59,921 bases of DNA, taken from positions 1 through 59,921 of the IMG/VR virus record IMGVR_UViG_3300032080_000006. One strand, given 5' to 3'. The notes under the pieces were generated by a model. That model made no database searches. It had not been told where the DNA came from and worked only from the letters and a program-made list of their open reading frames with translations. Below are positions 50,753 to 58,424 of this stretch, in pieces. The DNA comes from a virus. Numbering within the stretch: position 1 is the first letter of the stretch; each line of letters begins with the position of its first letter. The position numbers were made by a program, and so were the translations under genes.

Positions 50753-51978
50753 TCAAGTCCTTCACCACCCTATTGCTGGAGCAGGAAGCGTTCTCCACGA
50801 TCGACGCTTGCTTCGACAGCATGGATCACCTTGATGACCAGTTCCGTGCGCACGATCCACACGTGACGCAATGGCACAGCATGGGCATCGCCACTGTCAC
50901 CGGCGCATTCGAAGGCGACTCCTACGCCGCAGCCGGCACCACCATGATCGTGATCGAGAAGCGCGAGCGCATCCTGCCGGGCAAGGTGATTCGCAAGGCC
51001 GTCGATGCGCGTGTCAAGCACCTGGAAGAAGCCGAAGGTCGCAACCTGTCACGCCGCGAGAAGTCGCAGATCCGCGACAGCGTCGAGGCTGATCTGTTGC
51101 CGCAGGCATTCATCCGCGAGACGCAGATCCCGGTGTACCTGATGCGTGCCGGTGGCGGCAGCAAGAACGGCGGGTATCTGATCATCGCCAGCACCAGTGC
51201 GCGCATCGTCGAGGACGTTGTCACGCTGTTGCGCACGGCGTTCGACATCGCGTTTGGTTACGTGCCGCTGCTGCGCGAGCAGTTGATCACGCCGATGCTG
51301 AAGGCCATCCTGGACGATGACGAGCTGGTGGAAGAGCGCTTCCACGCTGCAGCCAGCGCCAAGTTCAAGGGTGCCGACCGCGTGGTGACGGTCAAGAACA
51401 TCGAGCTCTATAGCGACACGGTCTCGCGTCTGCGCCAGGACGGCTTCCGTCCGATGGAGATGTCGCTCTCGTTCAAGGAGGACAGCGAGTTCAAGATCAA
51501 CTCCAAGGGCGTGATCAGCGGCTTCAAGCTCTACGGCCTGGCCGCGCAGCTGGAAGGCGTGGACGAGAGCAACGACGCCGAGATGTTCGCAGCATCCTTC
51601 TTGATCTACATGCGGGCCATCGTCGATCTGCTCGAAGAGTTGCGCGTGGTCATGGCCAACCTGCTGAAGGCTGAGGGTGCGGAAGAACCCAAGGTCGACG
51701 CCGAGGATCCGGGCGCTGGTCAAACTGGATGGGGCGAAGACGTCAAGCGCTACTGGTATCACGCTGAATCCGATTCGGTGTGCACCACGGATACCGCAGC
51801 GGATGTCGAGACCATGTTCAACACCGCAGATGGCGCGTTGTGCTGCGAGATCGACGAGGACGTCTACCTGGGACACATCGAGCGCCTGGAGGATGAAGAG
51901 GCGAACCGACGTAAGGTCTACGCGCTTGCGGGCGCAGATCCCGATGCTAACGATGAGGAAGACGATGGCGAACTCTAA
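50749..51978 (+). CDS. rdgC: RdgC-like recombination-associated protein with a roughly 100-aa acidic C-terminal extension
   Basis: MIVIEKRERILPGKVIRKAVDARVKHLEEAEGRNLSRREKSQIRDSVEADLLPQAF parallels E. coli RdgC [25 protein letters not shown]...LLPRAF. Confidence 0.7.
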   Translation: MIKSFTTLLLEQEAFSTIDACFDSMDHLDDQFRAHDPHVTQWHSMGIATVTGAFEGDSYAAAGTTMIVIEKRERILPGKVIRKAVDARVKHLEEAEGRNLSRREKSQIRDSVEADLLPQAFIRETQIPVYLMRAGGGSKNGGYLIIASTSARIVEDVVTLLRTAFDIAFGYVPLLREQLITPMLKAILDDDELVEERFHAAASAKFKGADRVVTVKNIELYSDTVSRLRQDGFRPMEMSLSFKEDSEFKINSKGVISGFKLYGLAAQLEGVDESNDAEMFAASFLIYMRAIVDLLEELRVVMANLLKAEGAEEPKVDAEDPGAGQTGWGEDVKRYWYHAESDSVCTTDTAADVETMFNTADGALCCEIDEDVYLGHIERLEDEEANRRKVYALAGADPDANDEEDDGEL

Positions 51979-52222
51979 CCTGACCGGCCAGCAGTGGGGC
52001 CTGTACGCGATCCCCAGTCCCGAGCTGATGCATGCTCTGCGGACCACCCAGCGCAGGCTCAAGCGCGCTGAGGCCCACGCCAAGTGCGCCAGCCTGTTCC
52101 AGGACACATCCAATACCGTGGCCCTGCGTGACGCGATGATCGCTCGCGCGCATGCCACACGTGCCCACAAGCTCCGCAACACCCTTCAACTGCTCACCAA
52201 TGGAGTCATGTCTCGTGGCTAA
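51965..52222 (+). CDS. Hypothetical protein (85 aa)
   Basis: ATG 51965 lies inside the upstream tail codons (gacgATGgcgAACTCTAA). MANSNLTGQQWGLYAIPS. Confidence 0.5.
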   Translation: MANSNLTGQQWGLYAIPSPELMHALRTTQRRLKRAEAHAKCASLFQDTSNTVALRDAMIARAHATRAHKLRNTLQLLTNGVMSRG

Positions 52223-52874
52223 GAAGCAATCCAAATACACCGACATCAGCGTCGACATCGAAAGCCTGTCGGTGCGCGGTACCGCCGCAATCCTGTCGAT
52301 CGGAGCGACCATGTTCAACCGCAACACCGGCGAGATGGGCAATCCCTTCTATCGCGTCGTCGACATCGCCAGCGTGCTCAATCGCCCTGAGTTCCATGTG
52401 CAGGACTCGACGCTGCGCTGGTGGCTCGGCCAGGGTGCCGCCGCAGACGACCTGTTCGGCTCCGGACATACCGGCACGATCGAAGAGATCGCACGTGCGT
52501 TCAACACCTACAGCGTGAGCGAGGGTGACCTGGAGATCTGGGCCGGACCTTCCCACTTCGACCTGGCGGCGATCACCCATGCGATTGCAGTGGCCGGCGA
52601 AGAGCCGCACTTCAAACACTGGCTGGCACGCGACTTGAACACGTTGTGCGCACTGGCCGACTTCGACAAGCGCATCCTCAAGTTCCAGGGGATCAAGCAT
52701 CGTGCCGACCATGACGCGATCCACCAGGCCAAGATCGCATGCACGGCCATGTGGATCTGCGGCGCGCCTGGCGTTGCCAAGGCATCGCCACAGCACGCAT
52801 CTGCATTCTGGGCAGAGAAAGACGGCGCGAATGCCGCAGTCGCTGCTGCGGTCGACGAGGACGACGAGCTGTGA
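52200..52874 (+). CDS. DnaQ-like 3'-5' exonuclease
   Basis: ISVDIESL (Exo I), an Exo II-like segment, HRADHDAIHQAK (Exo III H-x4-D). The start could instead be GTG 52215. Confidence 0.7.
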   Translation: MESCLVAKKQSKYTDISVDIESLSVRGTAAILSIGATMFNRNTGEMGNPFYRVVDIASVLNRPEFHVQDSTLRWWLGQGAAADDLFGSGHTGTIEEIARAFNTYSVSEGDLEIWAGPSHFDLAAITHAIAVAGEEPHFKHWLARDLNTLCALADFDKRILKFQGIKHRADHDAIHQAKIACTAMWICGAPGVAKASPQHASAFWAEKDGANAAVAAAVDEDDEL

Positions 52875-53104
52875 GCGGCGTCCGCCAGTCCATGAGCGTG
52901 ACCATCAACAACGACACCGATCGTGCACGCGACAGCATGGTCGATGCGTTGATGCGGATCGCCATGGGCCTGCAGAGCGGCGAGTTCAAGCTCGCGGCAG
53001 GCGGCTTCTACATCCACACCGTTGATCGCGACGACGGCACACACGTACAGGTCCACGCCGACGCGGATCTGAAGCACATCCCGAAACCCAAGGAACCGAC
53101 ATGA
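52871..53104 (+). CDS. Hypothetical protein (about 77 aa)
   Basis: GTG 52871 overlaps the upstream stop (CTGTGAGCG). An alternative ATG is at 52892 (MSVTINND). Confidence 0.5.
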   Translation: MSGVRQSMSVTINNDTDRARDSMVDALMRIAMGLQSGEFKLAAGGFYIHTVDRDDGTHVQVHADADLKHIPKPKEPT

Positions 53105-53988
53105 GCCGCACATCCGCAAAGATCATCCAGGACTCGCGCAGCGTCCATGGTCCGCGCATCACCACCTTCGAGATCGTGGCCCCGCGCATGATCCTGGCCA
53201 AGATCAACACCCACCGCGCGCTGAGCCGCAACTACCGCAGCAGCCGTGCTGTGCCGGTGGACAAGCTGATTCGCGAGGTGCGCACACAGCCTTTCGTACC
53301 GCTCGCCTTCCAGCGCAACAAGCCCGGCATGCAGGGTGGTGAAGCGCTGTCCGGAGAGCAGCACGAACTGGCCGAGTCGATCTGGCTCAGTGCCGCAGTC
53401 GAAGCTGCAAGTCACGCCGAGCAGCTGGCGGCGCAGGACGTGCACAAGCAGTTCGCCAACCGTGTACTGGAGCCGTACCTGTACGCCTACGGCGTGATCA
53501 CCGCCACCGAGTGGGAGAACTTCTTCCTGCTGCGCTGCCATCCCGACGCACAGCCGGAGTTCCAGGAACTGGCGATGCTGATGCGCACGGCGCTTGCCAG
53601 CTCCGAACCGCAGCTGCTGCAAGAGGGTGACTGGCACATCCCGTACGTCAGCTCGCAAGACCGGCGCAATCTTGGCCTGGAGCGCTGTCTGCAGATCAGT
53701 GCCGCGCGTTGTGCCTGGGTCTCGTACTACGTGCCTGAAAACGCGACCACCGAGGCTGAGTCGCAGGTCGCCAATCCCGAAAAGCGCGCACTCAGCACGT
53801 TCAAGAAGCTCTCCACGGCCCAGCCGATGCACGCCAGTCCGATGGAGCACCAGGCGGTCTGCACGCTGCTGACGAGCGGTATGGAGGCCAACTTCAACGG
53901 CTTCGTGCAGTTCCGCAAGTACCTGGAGCAGGACCTACCCATCCACTTGCTGCCGAGCCATCCGTTCCCCGTCGACGCACAGGCCTGA
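53101..53988 (+). CDS. thyX: ThyX-like flavin-dependent thymidylate synthase homologue (295 aa)
   Basis: TFEIVAPRMILAKINTHRALSRNYRSSRA fits the ThyX signature RHRxxSxxxxSxR, except that the first R is T. Confidence 0.6.
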   Translation: MSRTSAKIIQDSRSVHGPRITTFEIVAPRMILAKINTHRALSRNYRSSRAVPVDKLIREVRTQPFVPLAFQRNKPGMQGGEALSGEQHELAESIWLSAAVEAASHAEQLAAQDVHKQFANRVLEPYLYAYGVITATEWENFFLLRCHPDAQPEFQELAMLMRTALASSEPQLLQEGDWHIPYVSSQDRRNLGLERCLQISAARCAWVSYYVPENATTEAESQVANPEKRALSTFKKLSTAQPMHASPMEHQAVCTLLTSGMEANFNGFVQFRKYLEQDLPIHLLPSHPFPVDAQA

Positions 53989-53993
53989 ACCTC

Positions 53994-54506
53994 ATGAAAG
54001 ACACATTCACCATCACCGTCGAAGAAGACGTCGCTATCCCGGGCCTGGAAAACATGCCGACATACCCCTACTGGCAGAGCCATAAGCGCAAGATCGAATC
54101 GATGCAGGTCGGCGACAGCTTCTTCGTGCCCGGCGGCACCAGCGAGAAGCTGGTCGAGTTCGTCGAGTACGCCCGCCAGATGGGCCATCTGCTGCTGCCG
54201 CGCGACACGATCAACGACGAGATCTACCTGGCCCCAGGCGTGCGCGTGTGGTGCGTCAGTCAGGCGCAGCTCGACACCATCCTGGAGCGCGACAAGCAGG
54301 AGAACCGTCAGACCCCGCACCCGCGCACCGCAGCCCGCGAGGCCATGCATCGCTGGTGGCGCAGCAACAAGAGCGGCAAGGTCATCCAGACGCAGCCGAA
54401 CGCCGGCCCGCCGCACGGCGAGGAGTGGTTCAAGGTGCCCGAATCGGCATGGATCGAGCAGGAGCGTAAGCGCAGGCAGGAAGAAGAGGAGGACGACGAG
54501 CTATGA
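53994..54506 (+). CDS. Hypothetical protein (170 aa) with acidic tail EEEEDDEL
   Basis: ORF lying between the ThyX-like gene and the kinase gene. Its stop overlaps the next ATG. Confidence 0.6.
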   Translation: MKDTFTITVEEDVAIPGLENMPTYPYWQSHKRKIESMQVGDSFFVPGGTSEKLVEFVEYARQMGHLLLPRDTINDEIYLAPGVRVWCVSQAQLDTILERDKQENRQTPHPRTAAREAMHRWWRSNKSGKVIQTQPNAGPPHGEEWFKVPESAWIEQERKRRQEEEEDDEL

Positions 54507-55177
54507 GCGAGCTGATCATCATCGGCCTGACGGGCCTGCCGGGATCCGGCAAAGACACCATCGCTGACGCCCTGGTGGCGCACCTGGGCTTCACCAAGAT
54601 GTCGTTCGCGGAAGCGCTCTACATCGAAGTGGCCGAGGCGTTCGGGGTCAGCACTGAGCTGCTGCAGGAGCGCAGCACCAAGGAAAGCGAGTTCGGCTAT
54701 CTCCACTTCGATGCGAGCAACGACCGTGATTTCGTGCGTTGCATGATCGATGCCGGCCATGATCCTCTGCAGTCGCGCTCACCACGCTGGCTGCTGCAAC
54801 AGTGGGGCACCGAGTATCGACTTGCGCAGAACCAGAGCTACTGGATTGAGAAGGTCAGCGCCAGGGTGGTGTCCGCGAGCATTCGAGGTGAGCGACGCTT
54901 CGTCTGCACCGATGTCCGTTTCAACGCCGAAGCAGCATGGCTGGAGGTTATCGGCAATGGACCCACCGACATCAGTGTCGAGATCTGGCAGGTGGCGCGT
55001 GACAACTGCCTGCGCAGTGAGCATGCCAGCGACAAGGGTCTGCACCCCAGCCATATCGACATGACCTTCTACAACGCTTCCACGGTCGGTGCGTTGCAGA
55101 GTGCAGCCCTGGTATCGGCACGTCGGGTCATCGAGCACGGCAGCATGCGGCAGCTGAAGCGACTCAGCGAAAAATAA
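54503..55177 (+). CDS. Deoxynucleoside monophosphate kinase-like P-loop protein
   Basis: IIGLTGLPGSGKDT Walker A at the N-terminus. Its size and context are typical of phage dNMP kinases. Confidence 0.7.
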   Translation: MSELIIIGLTGLPGSGKDTIADALVAHLGFTKMSFAEALYIEVAEAFGVSTELLQERSTKESEFGYLHFDASNDRDFVRCMIDAGHDPLQSRSPRWLLQQWGTEYRLAQNQSYWIEKVSARVVSASIRGERRFVCTDVRFNAEAAWLEVIGNGPTDISVEIWQVARDNCLRSEHASDKGLHPSHIDMTFYNASTVGALQSAALVSARRVIEHGSMRQLKRLSEK

Positions 55178-55190
55178 TTCGCCTACCCTG

Positions 55191-55219
55191 TTGACAGGCG
55201 AAAAGTATACCGCTAGGAT
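55191..55219 (+). promoter_or_regulatory. Rightward promoter in front of the MazG operon
   Basis: TTGACA 55191-55196, 17-nt spacer ggcgaaaagtataccgc, TAGGAT 55214-55219. Confidence 0.5.
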
Positions 55220-55230
55220 TCATCTCACAC

Positions 55231-55248
55231 ACCGGCCTGCGGGCCGGT
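55231..55248 (+). other. 5'-UTR stem-loop of the MazG operon transcript
   Basis: accggcc tgcg ggccggt forms a perfect 7-bp stem about 12 nt downstream of the -10 element. Confidence 0.35.
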
Positions 55249-55270
55249 TCACCCAAACAGGACCACCGAC

Positions 55271-55708
55271 ATGACCAAAGATCAGGCCTGCAATCGCGTC
55301 GCTAAGGAAACCGAATTCGGCGAGCACTACATGTATGAAGCTATGCATGGATTGAACGACATCCAGTCAATCTGTCACGAGCTGGCACGCAAGGCAGGCT
55401 GGTGGGACGAATACATCCAGATGCCGCAGCAGTATCGCAAGTATTTTCTCGGTTCCAAGCGAGATCTGATGCACACCGAACTGGCCGAGGCGACTGAAGG
55501 TGCTCGCAAGGATCTGATGGACGACCACTTGCCGCATCGCAAGATGGAAGAAGTGGAACTGGCCGACGCCATCATCCGTATTCTCGACTACGCAGGTGCG
55601 CTCGGTTACAACGTGGCCGAAGCGCTGATCGAAAAGGTCGCTTACAACCTGGACCGTGCTGACCACAAGCCGGAAGCGCGCGCAGCTGAAGGTGGGAAGT
55701 CGCTGTGA
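55271..55708 (+). CDS. mazG: MazG-like nucleotide pyrophosphohydrolase
   Basis: HTELAEATEG...EEVELADAIIRILDYAGALGYNV is the typical MazG EExxE/D helix pattern. Confidence 0.8.
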   Translation: MTKDQACNRVAKETEFGEHYMYEAMHGLNDIQSICHELARKAGWWDEYIQMPQQYRKYFLGSKRDLMHTELAEATEGARKDLMDDHLPHRKMEEVELADAIIRILDYAGALGYNVAEALIEKVAYNLDRADHKPEARAAEGGKSL

Positions 55709-55914
55709 GCAAACCGATCACCCGCATCAAGCTGCACGACGTGGACACGGTTGCACACCAGAAGGGTTACCGCACGGGCATGGTGCTGGACGTGATCGGC
55801 ATCGAATCGCCCCACAATGATCGCGGAGGGCTGTACTACGTGCAGCGTCGCAATCGCAATCCGGAAGGCTTCTATCGGGATCAGTTCCGACCGAAGCCCC
55901 GCCACCGCAAATAA
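55705..55914 (+). CDS. Hypothetical basic protein (69 aa)
   Basis: GTG 55705 overlaps the MazG stop (CTGTGAGC). Confidence 0.5.
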   Translation: MSKPITRIKLHDVDTVAHQKGYRTGMVLDVIGIESPHNDRGGLYYVQRRNRNPEGFYRDQFRPKPRHRK

Positions 55915-55925
55915 GGACCACCGAC

Positions 55926-56459
55926 ATGATCCGCCAGAAGCTCTCCGGAGCCATCACCAACTCGATCATCCACCACGTCATGGGCATCCCGTTCGTCGAT
56001 GCGCAGGGCATGGGGCTCTACGGCATGAAGTGGCAGCCGCCGGCATCCCTGCGCGCGCAGCGGCCGCTGAAGGACGTGCGTGACGAGTACAAGCCGCAGC
56101 GCAAGGTCAACTGGATCCATGCGACTAGCCACCCCTACGCAATCCCGGACGACGGGCGCCGCTACAAGGTGCTCGAAGTTGCCGAAGCCGAGCGTGCGTT
56201 GAAGGCTGTCGATCAACTGGCCAAGCCCAAGCGTGTGCGCTCTCGCCACAAGCCGCTCACCGAGGACGACATCGTTGTTGGCTGCAGCTACGTGCCGAAG
56301 AAAGGCAACCAGTTCTCGCCGAATTTCGAAGTGTTGCGTCGAAGCGATCCGGACATCGAAGCGGGCGAACATGGCGTGCTGTTGGAAGTGCGTCGCCAGT
56401 TGGATGTGCGGACGATCGATCTGGCGACCTTCCTCACCCTCGTTTCCAGAAAGGCCTGA
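55926..56459 (+). CDS. Hypothetical protein (177 aa)
   Basis: Its ATG is preceded by the same 16-nt cassette aggaccaccgacatga as the MazG gene. Confidence 0.6.
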   Translation: MIRQKLSGAITNSIIHHVMGIPFVDAQGMGLYGMKWQPPASLRAQRPLKDVRDEYKPQRKVNWIHATSHPYAIPDDGRRYKVLEVAEAERALKAVDQLAKPKRVRSRHKPLTEDDIVVGCSYVPKKGNQFSPNFEVLRRSDPDIEAGEHGVLLEVRRQLDVRTIDLATFLTLVSRKA

Positions 56460-56462
56460 CCA

Positions 56463-57167
56463 ATGTCGATTAGCCTCCATCCGAATGACCTGCAGTTCGT
56501 GGTCGCGCGCATCCCGAAGGACATCCGCAAGATGATGATGTCGCACCAGATCTACCTGGGCGGCGGGTTCATCCGCGAAACGATCGCTGGCTCCAAACCG
56601 AACGACATTGATCTGTTCGGCGCCACCACTGACGTCCTCGACCTGGCCGCACAGGTGTTGTGCGGTGAGCGTGAAGGGCGAATCGTTCGCACCGAAAACG
56701 CGACGACAGTCATCAGCGGCACGCGAATGCCCGTGCAGTTCATCCGTCGCTGGCTTTTCAACGTTCCAGGCGAAGTTATCGACTCGTTCGATTTCACCGT
56801 CTGTCAGGCAGTGATATGGCATGCAGGCGGTCAGTGGTTCTCGACGATCGGTGACGACTTCTATCGGGATCTCGCCGCCAGGCGCCTGGTCTACACCCAT
56901 CCTCAGCGTAACGAGGACGCAGGTGGCTCGCTGCTGCGTGTGCGCAAGTTCATCGCGCGCGGCTACAGCATCCAGGCATACAGCCTTGCTGGAGTCGTGG
57001 CACGCCTGGTGATGGCAGTTCGTCAGGACAGCAAGCATGCCAGCGATGAGATTGGCCTGACCAGAGTCATGACCGGACTGCTGCGTGAGGTGGATCCGCT
57101 GATCATCGTGGATGGCACCGACGTGGTCGACGAGCATCAACAGCTTTCCGAAGAGCAGGTTGGCTGA
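56463..57167 (+). CDS. CCA-adding / poly(A) polymerase-type nucleotidyltransferase, minimal 234-aa form
   Basis: GGGFIRETIAGSKPNDIDLF (GGxVRD...DxD), SFDFTVCQ (RDFTxNA-like), NEDAGGSLLRVRKFIARGY (EDPxRxLRxxRF-like). Confidence 0.7.
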   Translation: MSISLHPNDLQFVVARIPKDIRKMMMSHQIYLGGGFIRETIAGSKPNDIDLFGATTDVLDLAAQVLCGEREGRIVRTENATTVISGTRMPVQFIRRWLFNVPGEVIDSFDFTVCQAVIWHAGGQWFSTIGDDFYRDLAARRLVYTHPQRNEDAGGSLLRVRKFIARGYSIQAYSLAGVVARLVMAVRQDSKHASDEIGLTRVMTGLLREVDPLIIVDGTDVVDEHQQLSEEQVG

Positions 57168-57169
57168 TC

Positions 57170-57376
57170 ATGGACGACCTGTGGGAACTGCTGATTCAGC
57201 ACGTAGCGAAAGATCTGCGTGCCCACGATTTCCATAATCGTTCAGACGGTTGGGTCGGTGATGAATGGCACTACCGCGAAGAAGCCGAAAAGAAGATCGA
57301 ACGCATGACGCGATCCGAATACACCACAGTGCTCGGCCACGCTATCAAAACGTTGATGGAAGACAATGAACTCTGA
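57170..57376 (+). CDS. Hypothetical protein (68 aa), tail MEDNEL
   Basis: ORF with a tight junction. Its 3' end forms part of the 19-nt repeated boundary cassette. Confidence 0.55.
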   Translation: MDDLWELLIQHVAKDLRAHDFHNRSDGWVGDEWHYREEAEKKIERMTRSEYTTVLGHAIKTLMEDNEL

Positions 57377-57521
57377 TCGCAACTGGGAAAATTGCGCACT
57401 GCGTGGACTCGCATGGCTTGAGGCAGTTCGCGATGGGACAAAGACTGCGCAAAATGCGGTAACGGCATACAGCGCGGAGATTGAGTCGATGCAATCAAAA
57501 GACGAAGACAATGAACTCTGA
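57366..57521 (+). CDS. 51-aa hypothetical protein, below the ORF-track cutoff; tail DEDNEL
   Basis: ATG 57366 (MNSDRNWENCALRG...) runs to TGA 57519-57521. Both ends sit in the duplicated cassette. Confidence 0.45.
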   Translation: MNSDRNWENCALRGLAWLEAVRDGTKTAQNAVTAYSAEIESMQSKDEDNEL

Positions 57522-57969
57522 TACCTCGAACCACGTGCTGCTGCGCAATGCCGACAAGGTCGACATGTTCCTCAACACGCCGGACTTCATCGACGCCTGG
57601 AACATCGCCATCCGCGTGCGTAAGGGTAGCTTTGCGATCGACTACACGACCCACGTTCCGCGGCTGTACGTGATGGCCAAGGGTGTCGAGCCGGAGATCT
57701 GGCAACAGATCAACACCAGGCGCAAGGCCATCTATCGGAAGCGCCCGGAGAGCCTGACGCTGGGCTTGCTGATCGACGACATCCAGTCCCGCCTGGCCAA
57801 GCTCGGCGCGCGCCTGGAGTTCGTGTGGATGCAGAACGCGCAGCAGCAGAAGTTCGCCAAGCTGCAGATCCGATCACAGTACAGCAAGACCTACGTGGCA
57901 ACGCTTGCCGAGGTGAAGCGCGGACAGCGCAAAGCCTTCGGCGAATTCGAACTGACCGACAACTGGTGA
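57511..57969 (+). CDS. Hypothetical protein (152 aa)
   Basis: ATG 57511 (MNSDTSNHVLL) preferred over the track's upstream TTG at 57481. Confidence 0.6.
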   Translation: MNSDTSNHVLLRNADKVDMFLNTPDFIDAWNIAIRVRKGSFAIDYTTHVPRLYVMAKGVEPEIWQQINTRRKAIYRKRPESLTLGLLIDDIQSRLAKLGARLEFVWMQNAQQQKFAKLQIRSQYSKTYVATLAEVKRGQRKAFGEFELTDNW

Positions 57970-57974
57970 TACCA

Positions 57975-58181
57975 ATGAAGGCAATGATTGTTTCCGAACT
58001 GATCGAACTGCTGCAGACCTACCCGCAGGATATGCCTGTTGCCCGTACGCTTTACAGCGAACAACGCTTGCTTAAAGTGAGAGATCTCGAAGTCGTGCAG
58101 CTTTGCGAGGCCCGTGATGACGGCTGGATTCAAAACCGTCGCCCCGATAAAGATGTCACCCCTTACCTGCTCATCGGATAG
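57975..58181 (+). CDS. Hypothetical protein (68 aa), lower GC
   Basis: ATG 57975 (MKAMIVSELIELLQTYPQD). Confidence 0.55.
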   Translation: MKAMIVSELIELLQTYPQDMPVARTLYSEQRLLKVRDLEVVQLCEARDDGWIQNRRPDKDVTPYLLIG

Positions 58182-58187
58182 GCCTAC

Positions 58188-58424
58188 ATGCGCATTCAAG
58201 ATCTCGAAACCGTCAACCGCTTGAACCGTGATCTTCTCATTGCCAGGGAAATGCTTGCAAAAGCGCGCGGCAACAGCGGCACGGAAGGTGTCCGTGTGTG
58301 GATCGACGGCAAACCTCAAACTGAAGAAGTGGTTGCCCGGGTGCGGGAACAGGTGGCGCTCTACTGGCACGAGAAGGCCAAGAGCCTCGAACACGACCTC
58401 AAGCAATTCGGAGTGGAACTGTAA
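58188..58424 (+). CDS. Hypothetical protein (78 aa), ends VEL
   Basis: MRIQDLETVNRLNRDLLIARE; the stop overlaps the next ATG (TAATG). Confidence 0.55.
   Translation: MRIQDLETVNRLNRDLLIAREMLAKARGNSGTEGVRVWIDGKPQTEEVVARVREQVALYWHEKAKSLEHDLKQFGVEL

Noticed and set aside
27882-55708. The recurrent octamer CT(G/A)TGAGC at five stop/start overlaps, considered as an independent regulatory signal
   Set aside because: It may simply combine the preferred Leu codon, a TGA stop and the common Met/Val-Ser (AGC) start in a GC-rich genome. I kept it only as supporting detail under the boundary-cassette and acidic-tail findings.
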